Of a stretch of 64,000 nt of DNA, positions 61,257 through 64,000 are shown piece after piece. The DNA comes from Malacoraja senta. Lineage: Eukaryota. The notes beneath the pieces are model-generated. The model saw nothing but the letters and a program-made list of their open reading frames with translations, had not been told where the DNA came from and did no database searches. The translations under genes and the position numbers were made by a program. The stretch spans positions 269,390,001 through 269,454,000 of the forward strand of contig CM075977.1 in assembly GCA_038087875.1 (NCBI GenBank), read 5' to 3'. Each line of letters starts with the position of its first letter. Within the stretch, counting starts at the first letter, position 1.

Positions 61257-64000
61257 TGGTGTTAGCCAGCTTGGGTTAACCCACTGCCCACTGCTTCTGT
61301 ATATCGGTTTTTATTTTCTTTTGTGAGTTTCTTTTCCGTTTTATGATGGCTCTATCTTGCCGAAAGCCTGCACAGCTTATCTTCGATTCTGACATCGGTG
61401 AGCGATGGGCGACTTTTGAGATTGATTACCAACACTACATGAACATCGTGCACCAAAATGAACCAGACCCTGTCAAAGCTTCCCTTCTACTTAACCTCGT
61501 AGAGGAGGAGGGCTAGGACTTTCCGATACGCCCCTGCAGTCCTCGGCGACAACAACCAGGTAGTTACACCAGCAGAATCTACTGACGATCCAAATGTTTT
61601 GCTGCGTAAATTTAGAGATGTTTGTGACCTGCCCTCGAATCACATTTTGGAAAGAGCAAGATTCTTTGCTAGACGACAACTTCCCGATGAGTCAGTTGAG
61701 ACATTCATTTGCGATTTGAAATATATGGCCCAAAGGTGCCGCTTTGAAAATATAACTGACCAGCTGACAAGAGACATTTTAGTGACAGGGATGAAGGATT
61801 AAAAGCTGCGGTCAGAGCTGCTGCGAAATCCTAATTTAACCCTAGATGAGGCCGCTTATGCCTGTCGTTTGGCAGAGCACGTCGCTCCATCAAACAATCA
61901 GCGCGATACTGACGAATTCCATCAATCTGACTGGATTCACCAGACCGCGAACACAGACAGACAACAGAAGATTTACGACCGAAGCCCCTCGACTGGCCAA
62001 CCAGGGGATTGGTAATGAGCCTCCCAGGAGATGTCCCAACTGTAATTATCTGCACAATCAGCAAGCGCTATGTCCTGCTTACGGGAAATCTTGTAACTAT
62101 TGCAAAAAATTGAAAAACTTCTCTGCCGCCTGTCAGGCCCGTGGGAAGAGAACCTCCGGTTTTAAACCTAATCTTCACATGTTACAGCAAAATGAAACAA
62201 CCTTGGCTCCTCAATACCAACCAGATACTGCCCCCGACAACAGTCCAATTAATTCGCAGGGGGAGTCAACCGTGTATTCATTCCTACATGCAGCTGGCAA
62301 TATTCCCGACCCTACAGTTCTGGTTACTGTCAACAATTTTAGCTTCAGGGCTAAATTGGACACAGGTGCAAAGGTCAATGTAATGTCTGTAAACCTCTAC
62401 AACAAGATAAGGAATAACGAGGTTCTGATTACGGACAGCTCCACTCTGCATGCTTACGGGGGGGAAGTGCTGGTTCCAATGGGAAGAACCATTTTTAAAT
62501 GCGTGCTGAAAAAAACTACAAGGGATCTGACCTTCTATGTTTTGAACTCTAACTTTGTGACTCTGTTGGGCAACCATGCGTTCCAGGATTTGGGGCTGAT
62601 CTCCTTTAACCAAACGGTCCACAAGCTACTGATTTCAATGGACCGGATAAAAGAATACCCTGATCTGTTCAACGACAAACTAGGCAAGCTGCCTGTGACC
62701 TACAAGATATCCACTGACCCCAACGTGGTGCCTGTCGTTCGTGCACCACATCGTGTGGCACATGCCATGAGGGACAGGATCGAGTCCAAGCTAAAAAACA
62801 TGGTCTCCTTGGGTGTGCTAGAAGAGGTCAGTGAGCCCACTGATTGGGTTTCCACCATGGTTGCTACTCTCAAGAAAGATAAAAATGAGCTCCGCGTGTG
62901 CATCAATCAGAAAGACTTGAACTCTGCCATCAGGCGCCCTCACTATCCTATGAGGACTGTCGAGGTCGTTGCGGCACAGATCGGACAAGCCACCGTTTTT
63001 TCCATCCTCGATGCAAAGAGCTCCTTCTGGCAAATACCGCTGGACAATGAGTCGTGAAATCTCACCACATTTGCCACCCCATTTGGCAGATTCAAGTTTC
63101 TAAGAATCCCATTCGGCATCAACTCAGCCAGTGAGGTCTTCCAGAGGAACATGGAGCTGCTGTTCCAGGGCCTCCCATGTGCCATCATTGTTGACGATAT
63201 CCTGGTGTTTGGCAAGACATACTGGAGCACGACCACAACCTAAGGCTTATCATGGACCGGGCACAGAGATGCCTACCCGCAGCGTGCTCGGCCTGCAGCG
63301 ATTCCTGGGAATGGTGAACTATCTGGGAAAATTCATACCAAACCTCAGTGAACTGAGTTCGCCCCTGCGACAACTGACTAAAAAGGATACCACTTGGTCC
63401 TGGTTCCAGCAACACCAAAAAGCATTCGACGATTTAAAATCGAAGCTGACCAGTGCACCAACCCTGACATTCTTTGACCTGAAGCGCCCTGTCACAGTTA
63501 CCTGTGATGCCTCACGATTCGGGCTCGGTGCAGCCTGCCTACAACCATCTGCTGATGGTGCCTTGCGCCCTGTTTCCTATGCCTCCCGCACCATGACCGA
63601 CACAGAACAACGCTATGCACAGATCGAGAAGGAGCTGCTGGCCATCATCTTTGCCTGTTCCACACCTTCACAGTCGAGACAGACCACCAACCACTGGTGA
63701 CGATCCTTAACAAACCCATCCATGCTGCACCAGCTCGCCTGCAACGCATGATGATGCAGCTCCAGCGTTTCAACTTTAAACTTGTCTACAAAAAGGGTAA
63801 AGACATGCACGTTGCGGACACTCTCTCTCGTGCACTTCGGGCATCCTGCGAACGTCACCCCTATGAACGGGAGGAGTTCACAGTCCTCGGCGTTGACTTT
63901 GTTCCTATGAAACAACTGCGCCGCTTAGCCAAACATACTGCCGCCGACGCCACCCTCCAGATACTATCATCAGTGGTCAAAAGAGGCTGGCCAGACAGAC
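61044..64000 (+). mobile_element. Gypsy (Mag-like) LTR retrotransposon B, defective, runs off the window
   Basis: gag from ~61325 with paired Cys/His knuckles (CPNC..H, CPAYGKSCNYC), protease LDTGA, RT LDAKSSFWQ..PFG..IVDD, RH CDASRFGLGA..YAQIEKELLA. Stops, frameshifts and an RT deletion near 63270. Confidence 0.93.

Overview
Eukaryotic, repeat-dominated DNA with no recognisable host protein-coding gene. The SINE/LINE set (HE1-type V-SINEs whose 3' tails match CR1/HER1 LINEs) points to a cartilaginous fish, probably a skate or ray (inference). About 24 kb is five diverged, end-to-end DIRS1-like tyrosine-recombinase retrotransposons: 156-5170 and 5171-9622 in tandem, 12531-17386 nearly intact, 27992-32926, and 49979-54753 on the minus strand. 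Each has inverted termini, an internal complementary region (ICR), and gag / RT-RNaseH-methyltransferase / YR regions. Also present: two Mag-like Gypsy LTR elements, a 5'-truncated L1 flanked by a ~520-bp duplication, L2/CR1/Penelope fragments, Harbinger-type MITEs and many SINEs. The main observation is a conserved splice architecture in the DIRS copies. The whole RT-RH-MT ORF lies between a phase-0 donor just after ATG-GAG and a phase-0 acceptor at the start of the YR frame, so one start codon could give RT (intron retained) or recombinase (intron removed). Leader donors, a gag-skipping acceptor and a poly(A) signal upstream of the ICR fit the same model. This is read from sequence only and needs transcript evidence. 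Coordinates were counted by eye and degenerate fragment boundaries are approximate.
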